From positions 32,001-96,000 of the forward strand of contig CAXXOA010000002.1 of the NCBI GenBank assembly GCA_963666275.2: a stretch of 64,000 bases of DNA, read 5' to 3'. A program made the translations under genes and the position numbers. Below are positions 1 through 10,094 of this stretch, piece by piece; the first letter of the stretch is position 1, and each line of letters begins with the position of its first letter. The notes under the pieces were generated by a model, which made no database searches, was not told the DNA's origin, and was given only the letters and a program-made list of their open reading frames with translations. Source of the DNA: Oceanispirochaeta sp. (GTDB taxonomy: Bacteria; Spirochaetota; Spirochaetia; DSM-2461).

Positions 1-329
1 GGAGCGATTCTCTGCTCCAGTTCCTCCAGAACTCTGTCGGCAAAACTCTTCTGGGGAACCTTCCGTTTCCTTTCCACCACAGGAGCCCTGTCCGCCGCCT
101 CCCTGGCTTTCTCCTCGAGTTGTTTCAGATGAAGGATCTCTTCCTGTACAAACCGGGTCAGATCCACCCGGGCATGGAGAGCCAGAATATATCTATCCTC
201 AAAAGCAGATTTTTCCGAGGTATCCGTCATATATGTAATGATATGGTCATCGTATTTCTGCCGAATACGAGCCAGGGCCGCTTCAATCTCTCTGGGGCCG
301 AGCCTATCCTTTTTTTTCGGTTTAAACAT
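1..329 (-). CDS. Hypothetical protein, 5' part only (runs off window start)
   Basis: Manual translation from ATG at 329: MFKPKKKDRLGPREIEAALARIRQKYDDHII...VLEELEQRIA, open to the window edge; not in the ORF track because it has no stop in the window. Confidence 0.6.
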   Translation of the reverse strand, partial: MFKPKKKDRLGPREIEAALARIRQKYDDHIITYMTDTSEKSAFEDRYILALHARVDLTRFVQEEILHLKQLEEKAREAADRAPVVERKRKVPQKSFADRVLEELEQRIA

Positions 330-533
330 CAATTTAATTATCGCTAATTAGGGCTCTCTGGTCAATTGAAAGGGAGCGAAATAGGGGGATGTCCGGGGAG
401 AGAAAGGAAAGGAATTCAGGCTGTGACTGAGAATTCTTTTTTCGGGAATTCCATTTCGTCATTGTTTTAAAAATGCATTAGGATATACTTAAAGCTGATT
501 AAAATCATTATATATAAGTCCGGAGAAGAGACA

Positions 534-2096
534 TTGAGGAACAGGGAATCCGAATCAGCCTTGGCACAGACAGAAAAACTCCCCGCAGGGACCCCGATTT
601 TCAGACTGTTTGCCCTTATGACCCTTCTGGGGACTCCGCTGGGAATGCTCTACATGGAGTCTGTTATGGGTCTTGCCTCTGTCAGGGAGTTTATGTCCGT
701 CCTGGCACTGGCCCCGCCTTCGGCCTGGATGGTTCTTTCCGGGATCTCCGCCCTTTTACTGGAAGGCTACTTCATGAACAGATTACGGAGGTCGGGAACC
801 GGCATATGGCTCCTTCTGATCCGTTTTACATTTCTGATCTGGGGCATGATAAATGCGGGAGGCCTTTCCTTTTTCATCCATAGAGGAAGCGCTTATATCC
901 CGGATGGTCTGGGTCTGTTCCTGACATGTGCGGTCAGTACAGTCCTGGGGCTGTTCCTGTCCCTGCTGACCATTGTGTGCAGTGCAGATGAACTGGAAGT
1001 GTATCTGGATGTGCGGGAGTACCGGAACTCTCCCTGGCTGGGGCTGAGGACAAAACTGTTTTTCAGCATAACCCTGGCCAATCTGGCATTCCTCTTCGGA
1101 TCGGGGGGAATCGTATTCTATTCCCAGTATGCCGGACTGCCCCTGAAAGAGACATTAATCCGATTTATCCTCTGCACCCCTCCCTTTTTAATGATGACTC
1201 TTCTTATGGTGTTCTTCCAGAACAGATCACTGGCAAAGTCCATTGGAGGGGAAGCTCCTGTGATCGCAGAGATGACCGACAGGATCGCCCTGGGAAACCT
1301 GAACATAGCATTTCATGAGGAGACACAGAGTGTCGGCATTTACAGATCTCTCGGGAATATGGCGGAAAAGCTCAGAGAGGTCATCGGAGAAATACTTGAG
1401 TTTTCCGCCACTTTGAACAGGGAAGTCAGTAGAATATCACTGACTGCGGAGAGTCTCAGCACAGGAACTTCCGACATGGCGTCCTCCTCCCGGGATATAA
1501 CAAACTCCATGGAAGAGATGCAGTCCAATATTGAAAAAAGTCAGGAAAATGCCTTAAAAACAGAATCGCTGGCGGAAAGCACCTATCGCCTGGCGCAGGA
1601 GGGACGGAATCAGGTAGAAGAAGCCGTTCAGGCCGTATCTCTTATCATTGAGAAGATCAGTGTGATAGAGGAGATCGCCAGGCAGACAAATCTTCTGGCG
1701 CTGAATGCAGCTATCGAGGCTTCGCGGGCGGGAGAGGCCGGAAAAGGGTTCTCTGTGGTAGCCGCGGAAGTCCGGAAGCTGGCGGAAAACTCCCGGGACT
1801 CGGCCAATGAGATCCGGGAGATCTCCCGGCAGACCATTGAAACAACCCGGGAAGCGGAGAAACGGATCTCCTCCATTGTTCCAGAAATAGAAGAGACCTC
1901 ACGTCTTGTCAGAGAAATTACCAGCGCCGGAAGGGATCAGACCAGCGGAAGTCATCAGATAAATCAGGCCATGACCAGGCTGGATGAGATTGCCAGGCAA
2001 AGCAGTGGGATCTCCGAAGATCTTGTGGCGTCAACTGAAATCCTTTCAAAGGGATCGGTCCGTTTACAGAGATTCATTGCTTTTTTCAAGGTATGA
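534..2096 (+). CDS. Methyl-accepting chemotaxis protein with multi-TM N-terminus
   Basis: Conserved MCP hairpin [38 protein letters not shown]; several hydrophobic segments in the first ~230 aa; true start uncertain. Confidence 0.92.
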   Translation: MRNRESESALAQTEKLPAGTPIFRLFALMTLLGTPLGMLYMESVMGLASVREFMSVLALAPPSAWMVLSGISALLLEGYFMNRLRRSGTGIWLLLIRFTFLIWGMINAGGLSFFIHRGSAYIPDGLGLFLTCAVSTVLGLFLSLLTIVCSADELEVYLDVREYRNSPWLGLRTKLFFSITLANLAFLFGSGGIVFYSQYAGLPLKETLIRFILCTPPFLMMTLLMVFFQNRSLAKSIGGEAPVIAEMTDRIALGNLNIAFHEETQSVGIYRSLGNMAEKLREVIGEILEFSATLNREVSRISLTAESLSTGTSDMASSSRDITNSMEEMQSNIEKSQENALKTESLAESTYRLAQEGRNQVEEAVQAVSLIIEKISVIEEIARQTNLLALNAAIEASRAGEAGKGFSVVAAEVRKLAENSRDSANEIREISRQTIETTREAEKRISSIVPEIEETSRLVREITSAGRDQTSGSHQINQAMTRLDEIARQSSGISEDLVASTEILSKGSVRLQRFIAFFKV

Positions 2097-2350
2097 TCCT
2101 GTATTATTGTACCCGAATCCCCTCTTGCCCCGTTCGTACAAGCGATAGTCCCCTCCTTATTCTGTCCTATTGGTATCATGTCCGCCAGGCTCAAGGACTC
2201 TGCCTGTTCTTTCTTTCTCAGTGATTATTCCTTCAGAAATTTCTCATTTGGACCTTTGTAACTGATGTATCAGATCAAATAACAGGAAGGATCTGCCAAG
2301 GATATCCCTGAAAAAGAGAGCTTTTTTGTAAGCTCAACACAAAGCTGTCA

Positions 2351-2400
2351 TTGACAGGAGACATCTGCTTCTATTATAGTAGTTCTTATTAGGAACACTA
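2351..2400 (+). promoter_or_regulatory. Sigma-70 promoter with overlapping inverted-repeat operator
   Basis: TTGACA (2351-2356), TATAGT (2375-2380), then the imperfect palindrome TAGTAGTTC-N7-GAACACTA (2377-2400). Confidence 0.6.
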
Positions 2401-2410
2401 TTAAAAAGGA

Positions 2411-3112
2411 GTGATTATGCCTTTGATCCAGTGGCTGAACCAGTTTGGATTAACCAATCAGGAAGCCTCCATTTACATAACCCTTCAAACCGAAGGCGTC
2501 CTTACGGGCTATGAAGTCTCAAAACTGACGGGGATATCGAGGTCGAATGCCTATACATCTCTGGCGAATCTGACAGAAAAAGGCGCTGCCAACCTGATAG
2601 AGGGAGAGAAAAAGCTCTATGTTTCCGTTCCCATAGAGGACTTCTGCGCCAGCCGGATACGAAGGCTGCAGAAAACCGGTGAAGAGCTGTGCAGAAACAT
2701 GCCGGCAAGAAAAGAAGAGTATCAGGGCTATCTGACCATTCAGGGACGGGAGAATATCATAGATACCACGATCAATATGATCCTGAAGGCGGAACAGAGA
2801 ATCTATCTTTCCCTCCCCGAGACCATAAAAGATGAGCTGAAGGAGCCTCTTCTCTCAGCGATAGAAAAAGGTTTGAAAGTTGTCATTATCACAGATAGAA
2901 CGGTGGATTTCCCGGGAGCTATTGTCTATGAGACAGAAAAAGCACTGGAAGAAATACGCCTTATCACGGATTCCCGTGAGGTTATAACCGGAGATGTGGC
3001 AGATGGAACATCCACATCACTCTATTCATCCAAAAGAAACCTGGTACAACTGTTGAAAGAGTCGCTCACCAATGAAATTGAATTGATCAGAATTCGAGGA
3101 GTAAAGAAATGA
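2411..3112 (+). CDS. TrmB-family transcriptional regulator
   Basis: N-terminal GLTNQEASIY...GYEVSKLTGISRSNAYTSLANL wHTH and C-terminal AEQRIYLS effector domain; AAGGA RBS. Confidence 0.88.
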   Translation: MIMPLIQWLNQFGLTNQEASIYITLQTEGVLTGYEVSKLTGISRSNAYTSLANLTEKGAANLIEGEKKLYVSVPIEDFCASRIRRLQKTGEELCRNMPARKEEYQGYLTIQGRENIIDTTINMILKAEQRIYLSLPETIKDELKEPLLSAIEKGLKVVIITDRTVDFPGAIVYETEKALEEIRLITDSREVITGDVADGTSTSLYSSKRNLVQLLKESLTNEIELIRIRGVKK

Positions 3113-4347
3113 AAGAACCATTCCTGACAAAAACACAGCTTGAGAGGATTGTAGAGTCATACCCCACCCCCTTCCATTTATACGATGAAAAAGGGATCCG
3201 GCAGAATGCCAGAAACCTGCATAAGGCCTTTTCCTGGAATAAGGGATTCCGGGAGTACTTTGCAGTCAAAGCCACACCGAATCCGGCTATCATGAAGATT
3301 CTAAAGGAAGAGGGCTGCGGCATGGACTGCTCCTCCTATACGGAACTCCTTCTGTCTGAGCGGGCAGGATTCTCAGGGGATCAGATCATGTTTTCCTCCA
3401 ATGTGACACCGGAAAAGGACTTCCGGTATGCCTCAGATCTGGGGGCTGTGATCAACCTGGATGACATCAGCCATATTGATTTCCTGGAAGAGGCTGCCGG
3501 GATTCCTGAAACCATCTGCTGCCGGTATAATCCCGGCAATTCCTTTACAAGCAGAAACAGAATTATGGACAGCCCTTCGGATGCCAAATACGGATTTACC
3601 TATCCCCAGCTGGTGGAAGGTTTCATAAAGCTGAAATCAAAAGGGGTCAGAAAATTCGGCCTCCATGCCTTTCTGGCCAGCAATACCTTAAATACAGTCT
3701 ACTACCCGGCTCTTGGCAGTCTCCTCTTTGAAACAGCTGTCAGTCTGTACAGGGATACAGGCATTAAGGTGAGTTTTGTGAACCTTTCGGGAGGGATCGG
3801 CATTCCCTACCTTCCGGAGGAAGAGAGTCTAGATATTTTTGAAATCGGGAAGATTATAGAAAAAGACTACAGGGAAATCCTTCTAGATTCGGGATTCGGC
3901 GATATTGATCTTTATACGGAACTGGGCCGTTTTATGCTCGGCCCCTACGGAGCCCTGATTACAAAGGCAGTCCATGAGAAAAAGATCCATAAACACTATA
4001 TCGGGGTTGATGCCTGCGCAGCCAACCTGATGCGTCCGGCCATGTACGGGGCCTATCACCACATCACCGTCATGGGGAAAGAAGAACAACCGAAGGATCA
4101 GCTCTACGATGTCACCGGAGGACTCTGCGAAAACAATGATAAATTCGCCATTGACAGGAATCTGCCTGCAATTGAAACAGGGGATCTGATCTATATCCAT
4201 GATACGGGGGCTCACGGGTTTTCCATGGGATACAACTACAATGGAAAATTGAGAAGTGCCGAAGTTCTCCTGAAAGAGGATGGATCCAGCAAACTGATCC
4301 GCCGGGCGGAAACACCCGAGGATTATCTGGCCACCCTGAATTTCTGA
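3109..4347 (+). CDS. lysA: Diaminopimelate decarboxylase
   Basis: PTPFHLYDE, FAVKA (PLP lysine), GGIGIPY, ELGRF, MRPAMYGAYH, CENND, GAHGFSMGYNYN; ATGA overlap with the TrmB gene. Confidence 0.92.
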   Translation: MKEPFLTKTQLERIVESYPTPFHLYDEKGIRQNARNLHKAFSWNKGFREYFAVKATPNPAIMKILKEEGCGMDCSSYTELLLSERAGFSGDQIMFSSNVTPEKDFRYASDLGAVINLDDISHIDFLEEAAGIPETICCRYNPGNSFTSRNRIMDSPSDAKYGFTYPQLVEGFIKLKSKGVRKFGLHAFLASNTLNTVYYPALGSLLFETAVSLYRDTGIKVSFVNLSGGIGIPYLPEEESLDIFEIGKIIEKDYREILLDSGFGDIDLYTELGRFMLGPYGALITKAVHEKKIHKHYIGVDACAANLMRPAMYGAYHHITVMGKEEQPKDQLYDVTGGLCENNDKFAIDRNLPAIETGDLIYIHDTGAHGFSMGYNYNGKLRSAEVLLKEDGSSKLIRRAETPEDYLATLNF

Positions 4348-4402
4348 AATCGGTGCCTGCTGTTAAAAAGCTTCCTGGAGTATAGGATTCATAATTTCAG
4401 TC

Positions 4403-4433
4403 AGTCCTCTTTCAAGATTGTTGAAAAAGGACT
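4403..4433 (+). terminator. Inverted repeat downstream of lysA (probable terminator)
   Basis: AGTCCTCTTTCAA...TTGAAAAAGGACT. Confidence 0.45.
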
Positions 4434-4569
4434 CTGTATATAAAATTCTGAGCCGCAGAAAATTATTTTTCAAAAAAAAGTCCAGAAACACGTTTCGGGA
4501 CGATTCATGTACTGAAAAAATGTATCTCTTATCTGTTATTAAAAGACTCGTTTATAACAGATAGGAGAA

Positions 4570-6264
4570 ATGAAAATGAAAGTAATGATCAGAGCCTTAC
4601 TCTTGGTAATGATAGCAGGGCTGTTCACTACAGCCTGCAGTCTGCTCTCACCCAATGAAGATCCCTCAGAGAGGTATTCTGAGATGTCCGTGCTTCAGGG
4701 TGACAGCGTATTGGAAAGCGGCAGCGGCGCCTATGCGTTTCAGACCACCATGCTTTCGACAGAAAAAATCGCGGAGTTTACCATCAGCAGCAGCGGAGAC
4801 AAGGCGCTGAAACTGACAGGCACCCCCCTGGTGGAGATATCCGGAACCGATGCGGCCCTGTTCAGTGTGACCCAGCCGGGAGACGCCGAGATAGCCACGG
4901 ACTCTGCACTGACATTTCAGATTACCTTCAAACCCGACAGTGTGGGATCCAAAAGTGCGGTGGTCTCGATTGTAAACAACTCTGGAACAAGCCCCTACAG
5001 CTTCAGTATCAGCGGCCTTTGCTCCACCAATGTGGTGACAGCACCGACTGCAAGCCTCACAGAGGGAGCCTATAAGGCTGATGAGATCTCCAACCTGACA
5101 CTGTCCAGTACCACGGCGGGAGCCTCTATCCGCTACACTCTGGACGGAAGCGATCCCGATGAAGTGACAGGAATTCTTTATGACGGGAATGTGGACCTGA
5201 CAGGTCTGTTCGGCGCTCATATGAAAGCGGTAGCCTATAAGGCGGGCATGGTAGCCTCAAACCTGCTGGAAGCGGATTATACCTACAAATCCAATACGAC
5301 GTCTCTGGTAGACGATGCAAAAAATGCCTCATCCTATACAATAGATATGATAATAGACAGTTCAGACAAGATACATATTGCCTATACGTATCAATACAGT
5401 TACTTGAAATATCTTACCAATGAAAACGGGGCATGGAACAGCTCCGTCCTTAATAATGAAGACTCAGAGAATCCCTCGCTGGATATTGACAGCAACGGAA
5501 AGATTCATATTTCCTACTGGTATTTTAACTCAAGGGATCTACGCTATATGACGAATGCCTCAGGCTCCTGGAGTAAGAGTACGGTTTACTCCGATGAGGA
5601 TTCAGGGCGGTACAACAATATCCATATCGACAGTAACGGATACCCCATGGTTCTTTTTAATAAAGATTATACCAGTGATTCCATAATGTTTTCCCAGTTC
5701 GATGGATCAGTTTGGCATAGCGAAACGCTCGCAAATCCCAGTAATTTGTTTCATCTCAATTCAGTGCAGGACATGAACGGGATGCTCCATGCAGTCAGTG
5801 ACATTCAAAGCAGCATCAAATACTTTACCAATACTTCCGGAGCCTGGACCTCTGAAACAGCTTTTGGTCTGGGGGGAACCGGAGCCTACATGACAATGGC
5901 ACTGGCAGTGGATTCAGATGGGTATGTCCATATTGTATGTGATAACATCTCAAAAGAGACCTATTATGTAAGCAATAAAGGCGGATCCTGGAACAGCACA
6001 AAGATCGGAACAAGCAACGCTATAAATAATATAGATAATCCCCTCTCCATTATTAATGATCCTGAAGATAAGCAGAGGATCGTCTATTTTGATAGCACCG
6101 GAAAGATGATCATGGCCGACAATGGAACCGGATCCTGGGTCAAAACCACCCTGGAAGCAGACACAACCGAACCGTCCTGCCCCAACCTGGGCTATGACTC
6201 ACAGGGCAAACTGCATATTGTTTATCAGGATAACGGCTCCATCCGCTACCTGACATCCTGGTAA
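4570..6264 (+). CDS. Surface lipoprotein: Ig-like (choice-of-anchor D-like) domain, Fn3-associated/chitobiase C-terminal domain, C-terminal beta-propeller
   Basis: Lipobox FTTA-C; FQITFKP...G.KSA; IRYTLDGSDP motif; about seven D-S-x-G-K-x-H-I-x-Y repeats with Y-x-T-N-x-S-G-x-W; AGGAG RBS. Confidence 0.75.
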   Translation: MKMKVMIRALLLVMIAGLFTTACSLLSPNEDPSERYSEMSVLQGDSVLESGSGAYAFQTTMLSTEKIAEFTISSSGDKALKLTGTPLVEISGTDAALFSVTQPGDAEIATDSALTFQITFKPDSVGSKSAVVSIVNNSGTSPYSFSISGLCSTNVVTAPTASLTEGAYKADEISNLTLSSTTAGASIRYTLDGSDPDEVTGILYDGNVDLTGLFGAHMKAVAYKAGMVASNLLEADYTYKSNTTSLVDDAKNASSYTIDMIIDSSDKIHIAYTYQYSYLKYLTNENGAWNSSVLNNEDSENPSLDIDSNGKIHISYWYFNSRDLRYMTNASGSWSKSTVYSDEDSGRYNNIHIDSNGYPMVLFNKDYTSDSIMFSQFDGSVWHSETLANPSNLFHLNSVQDMNGMLHAVSDIQSSIKYFTNTSGAWTSETAFGLGGTGAYMTMALAVDSDGYVHIVCDNISKETYYVSNKGGSWNSTKIGTSNAINNIDNPLSIINDPEDKQRIVYFDSTGKMIMADNGTGSWVKTTLEADTTEPSCPNLGYDSQGKLHIVYQDNGSIRYLTSW

Positions 6265-6334
6265 AAGGCTCAGCCTCAAAGCAATGCCGGAAATCGCGTC
6301 AGAGTTTTTATTGATTCGACTTCTTTGACAGGTC

Positions 6335-6371
6335 TATACCCGGTACAGGAGATACTCCCGTACCGGGTATA
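6335..6371. terminator. Hairpin between convergent genes (bidirectional terminator)
   Basis: TATACCCGGTAC...GTACCGGGTATA inverted repeat. Confidence 0.65.
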
Positions 6372-6422
6372 TTTTCAGAAATATCGTAAGCATTCAGAAT
6401 GACTCAGAGATTCTATCCTCCC

Positions 6423-6842
6423 TCAGAACTCACTGATCGAATAGGGCCCCAGACCAGAGGGGGGATGCTGGTTCCGATAGAGAAAAAGGAGGTGCATGTT
6501 GATCAGATCACTGCCGTATTCCATATAGCTGTTGTCCCAGTTCAGGGGAGAACCGTTCACAATAATATCGTAGCGCCGCCGGTGCCCGGGGGGATAAGTT
6601 TCATCGTATCCTGTCAGTTCGGACCAGACCGTTTCCACCTGAACAACCCTGTACTGGTCTGTATCATCCTTTTCCAGATAGCGGCTGCCTTTCAGAATGC
6701 TGATGCAGTAGATGGCACTCTCCGCATCAACCGAAAAAGGCTCGGGATCGGGATAGAGCACAGTCCCGGAACCGTTCGGTTCTTCAGGGTGGGAGTAAAC
6801 ACTCAACAGAGTAAATAGGAAAAGGTATATAAAAACTTTCAT
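6423..6842 (-). CDS. Hypothetical secreted protein
   Basis: 139 aa ORF with signal-peptide-like MKVFIYLFLFTLLSVYS. Confidence 0.6.
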   Translation of the reverse strand: MKVFIYLFLFTLLSVYSHPEEPNGSGTVLYPDPEPFSVDAESAIYCISILKGSRYLEKDDTDQYRVVQVETVWSELTGYDETYPPGHRRRYDIIVNGSPLNWDNSYMEYGSDLINMHLLFLYRNQHPPSGLGPYSISEF

Positions 6843-6987
6843 CAGTACTTTCTACTATACCGCAACTTGATCCTTTACCGCTGAATATTTACAAAATCAA
6901 AATGACATCCCGTGAATTTAAGAGTAATCTGAGAAGAAGTCGGACTGTTCGGGAGAACATGCTCTGCATTACTGAGAAAGAGAGACA

Positions 6988-7908
6988 ATGAGCCGCATAT
7001 ACCAGGTCAAAGAAAATGAACTCTACCTTGTGGGCAAGGCAATGGCCTCCCCTCTCCGTATCAATATACTCAAGCTCCTGGAGCACCATCCTCTGAACAT
7101 AAACCAGATTGCCGAGCATCTGGATATCCCCCAGTCCTCCTGTGTTTTCCACATCAAGATACTTGAAAAAGCAAAACTCATAGAGACCGAAATCCTATCT
7201 GCAGCCAAGGGAACCCAGAAGATCTGCCATCTGGCCTATGATGAAATCGTTTTTCCTCTGAGGTCAAAAAAGAACTTCACCGATGACAACATCATGATCT
7301 CGGATATCCCCGTTGGCATGTACAGCAACTACAGCATTCAGCCCCCCTGCGGGATTCTGTCTGAAACCGGAGCCATTGGTTTTATCGATCAGGAGGATTC
7401 TTTTGATGATCCCCTGCGGAGTTCGGCCGGGCTGCTCTGGTTTACCCGGGGATTCTGTGAATACAGGTTTCCCGATACACGGATTTTCCCCGGCAGAAAA
7501 ATCAGAAGTATTGCTGTTTCCATGGAACTATGCTCTGAATTTCCCGGGCACAACAACAACTGGCTTTCCGATATAACCCTGTGGTTCAATGAGTTTGAGG
7601 TGGGCACATGGCGAAGTCCCTCAGACTGCGGTGGAGAGTACGGGACTCTGACTCCCCGCTGGTGGAGTATCGACAATACCCAGTTCGGTTTTCTTAAAAG
7701 CTGGAAGATAACCCGGTCAGGATCTTTTATTGATGAGGAAAGAGTGTCCGACATATGTCTGGCTGATCTGGACCTGGAAAGGGCAGATTACTCCACAATA
7801 CGGATAGGCATCAAAGACGATGCCGAGTATCAGGGAGGAATCAATCTCTTCGGAAGGGGATTCGGTAATCATGCTCAGGATATCCGGTTCACCATAGAAT
7901 TCCAGTAG
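6988..7908 (+). CDS. ArsR-type HTH transcriptional regulator with large C-terminal domain (type often near arabinose/furanose genes)
   Basis: KAMASPLRINILKLL...NINQIAEHLDIPQSS HTH; C-terminal PCG...SE.PG..NNW.SDIT...TPRWW...TQFG.LK. Confidence 0.8.
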   Translation: MSRIYQVKENELYLVGKAMASPLRINILKLLEHHPLNINQIAEHLDIPQSSCVFHIKILEKAKLIETEILSAAKGTQKICHLAYDEIVFPLRSKKNFTDDNIMISDIPVGMYSNYSIQPPCGILSETGAIGFIDQEDSFDDPLRSSAGLLWFTRGFCEYRFPDTRIFPGRKIRSIAVSMELCSEFPGHNNNWLSDITLWFNEFEVGTWRSPSDCGGEYGTLTPRWWSIDNTQFGFLKSWKITRSGSFIDEERVSDICLADLDLERADYSTIRIGIKDDAEYQGGINLFGRGFGNHAQDIRFTIEFQ

Positions 7909-7927
7909 AAAAACAAATCCCTGCAAC

Positions 7928-7967
7928 AAGGGGTCTTCACGGGGTCCTACTCCCGGCGAAACCCCTT
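7928..7967. terminator. Imperfect hairpin between convergent genes
   Basis: AAGGGGT...ACCCCTT outer stem with GC-rich inner pairing. Confidence 0.45.
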
Positions 7968-7988
7968 ATTGAGGGAAAACAGCACACA

Positions 7989-9008
7989 CTAGCTCTGCAT
8001 GGCTCTCTTTTTTGCGATTTTTGTGGAATTCCTGGATAGGTAGTTCTGGATCAGTATAAAAACCATAACCAGCAGTCCCACCAGGATCTGTGCCCACCAC
8101 TCCCGGAAAGAGGAGATATAGGAAGGAAGCTTGAAAACGAGCCCGTAGATCAGGACTCCGAAGAAGCTTCCCACCACGTACCCCGAGCCGCCGGAAAGGA
8201 GAGTTCCCCCGATCACCACTGAGGCGATCACATCCAGCTCCAGTCCCAGAGCGTTATGGGGTTTTCCCGAAGCCATATGTATCGTAAAGACGACCCCTCC
8301 CAGGGCACTGAGGAATCCGTTTATTGTATAGATGGCGATCTTTGACTTTGTCACGGGAAGCCCCATCATGACGGCGGATTTTTCGTTCCCGCCGATGGCA
8401 TAGACTGTCCGTCCGAACCGGGTGTAGCGGCCCACGAGAATCCCCGCAATAAGGACTATGAAAAAAATCATGACATAAAGGCTCAGATTGGCAGGCCCCA
8501 TTTTAATCCCTGTCTTTTTCATAAAGGAAATGAAAGGGTCATTCTGAATACTGAGGGTTCCCTGATGGATCATGTAGGCCAGCCCCCTGAGAAGGAACAT
8601 ACCCACAAGAGTCACAAGGAAGGGGGGAAGCTCAAAGAGTGTAATCAGACTGCCGAAGAGGAAGCCCATCAAGATACCAATGGCAAGGCAGATCAGGATC
8701 GAGATCCAGGAAGGCATCATATAGACATTGGTCAGTTTGGCTATAAAGATCGAAACAAAGGCCACCATGGATCCCACAGACAGATCAATTCCGCCCGAGA
8801 GAATGACAAAAGTCATACCCACCGCAATGATTCCGATATAGGCTATGGCTTTGAAAATGTTCACAAAGTTGTAGACTGACAGAAAACCCGGAAAAATCGT
8901 CGATGCCGTTCCGTACATGATTATGAAAATCAGGATAGTCGTCAGGATGGGTATGTTATTGACCGTAATATGGCTTCCGAGATTTTTAAAAGATTTAGCG
9001 AGCTTCAT
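7989..9008 (-). CDS. yjfF: Sugar ABC transporter permease (YjfF-like)
   Basis: GMTFVILSGGIDLSVGS, GRTVYAIGGNEKSAVMMGLPV, ELDVIASVVIGGTLLSGG; start placed at MKLAK (9008), overlapping the upstream stop. Confidence 0.85.
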   Translation of the reverse strand: MKLAKSFKNLGSHITVNNIPILTTILIFIIMYGTASTIFPGFLSVYNFVNIFKAIAYIGIIAVGMTFVILSGGIDLSVGSMVAFVSIFIAKLTNVYMMPSWISILICLAIGILMGFLFGSLITLFELPPFLVTLVGMFLLRGLAYMIHQGTLSIQNDPFISFMKKTGIKMGPANLSLYVMIFFIVLIAGILVGRYTRFGRTVYAIGGNEKSAVMMGLPVTKSKIAIYTINGFLSALGGVVFTIHMASGKPHNALGLELDVIASVVIGGTLLSGGSGYVVGSFFGVLIYGLVFKLPSYISSFREWWAQILVGLLVMVFILIQNYLSRNSTKIAKKRAMQS

Positions 9009-10077
9009 TGACGGGCTCCTCATCGGCTGTTGATTTTTTTTGATTCTTTGCCTTGTAGTTTGATATTTTTGCCCGGAACTGATCCGACTGGATAAGTGCC
9101 ACAAATATAATGACCACCGCTTTGAATACAAGTGAGTACTCATAGGGCCAGCGCTGGAAGTACACGGTAGTGGTCAGACTCTGAATAATCAGGGCACCTA
9201 TAAGGGACCCGACGAGAGTAAACCGGCCTCCATTGATGGAACCACCGATGATGACGGCTGCAATAGCGTCCAGTTCTATCATAAACCCCGTATTGTAGGG
9301 ACTTGTGCTGGATTCGCCCGACACATGTACCAAACCGGCCACTCCCGCCATCAGAGCGCAGAACACATAGGTTCCCACAGTGATGGTCTTTGTCCTGATG
9401 CCGACAAAGCGGGATGTCTTTCTGTTTTCACCTGTTGATTCGATAAAAAGACCGATGGCCGTCCTTTTTGTTCCGATCAGGGTCAGAGCAAAAATGGCAA
9501 GGGCGATCCAGACCGGGATAGGCATAGCCAGGAAGTACCCTGTACCGATTTTGGTAAAAGGAACGCCGTAGTAGGTGGGAGTCTGCCCTTCAACCATAAG
9601 GACGGCCAGGCCTCTTGCCGTATACATCATAATCAATGTGGCAATGATTGGCTGAACCTTCACCACCGCCACCATAATCCCGTTGATAAGCCCCAGAAGC
9701 ATCACGATCAGCAGGGGAATCAGGATAATCACAGCCATATGAGGCTGGGGATCAAGCACAGGCATTCCCTGGAGGTATCCCGGACGGATCAGAAGGGCAG
9801 CCATTGCCCCCGCTACAGCCATTATAGAACCGACGGACAGATCAATTCCGCCGGTGGCATAGACCAGGGTCATCCCGGAAGCCAGGATAATCAGCCTGGC
9901 TCCATTATTCAGAATACTGATAAGGTTTCCATGTAAACGCCCCTCTTCCATCATAGAGACCTGAAAGAACTCAGGAGAGATGATAAGATTGAGTAAAAGG
10001 ATTCCTATAAGCCCCAGGAGAGACCAGAGGATCCTTTTCTGTATGGGGTCACTGTTGTTTAATAATTTATCTTTCAT
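8995..10077 (-). CDS. ytfT: Sugar ABC transporter permease (YtfT-like)
   Basis: GMTLVYATGGIDLSVGS, VQPIIATLI, GLFIESTGEN, ELDAIAAVIIGG. Confidence 0.85.
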   Translation of the reverse strand: MKDKLLNNSDPIQKRILWSLLGLIGILLLNLIISPEFFQVSMMEEGRLHGNLISILNNGARLIILASGMTLVYATGGIDLSVGSIMAVAGAMAALLIRPGYLQGMPVLDPQPHMAVIILIPLLIVMLLGLINGIMVAVVKVQPIIATLIMMYTARGLAVLMVEGQTPTYYGVPFTKIGTGYFLAMPIPVWIALAIFALTLIGTKRTAIGLFIESTGENRKTSRFVGIRTKTITVGTYVFCALMAGVAGLVHVSGESSTSPYNTGFMIELDAIAAVIIGGSINGGRFTLVGSLIGALIIQSLTTTVYFQRWPYEYSLVFKAVVIIFVALIQSDQFRAKISNYKAKNQKKSTADEEPVNEAR

Positions 10078-10094
10078 AGTTTGATTGCCTCAAC

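Noticed and set aside
2100..2200. Minus-strand GRVLEPGGHD...GGDYRLYE resembling an ABC exporter C-terminus remnant
   Set aside because: Too short, interrupted by a stop, and could be chance
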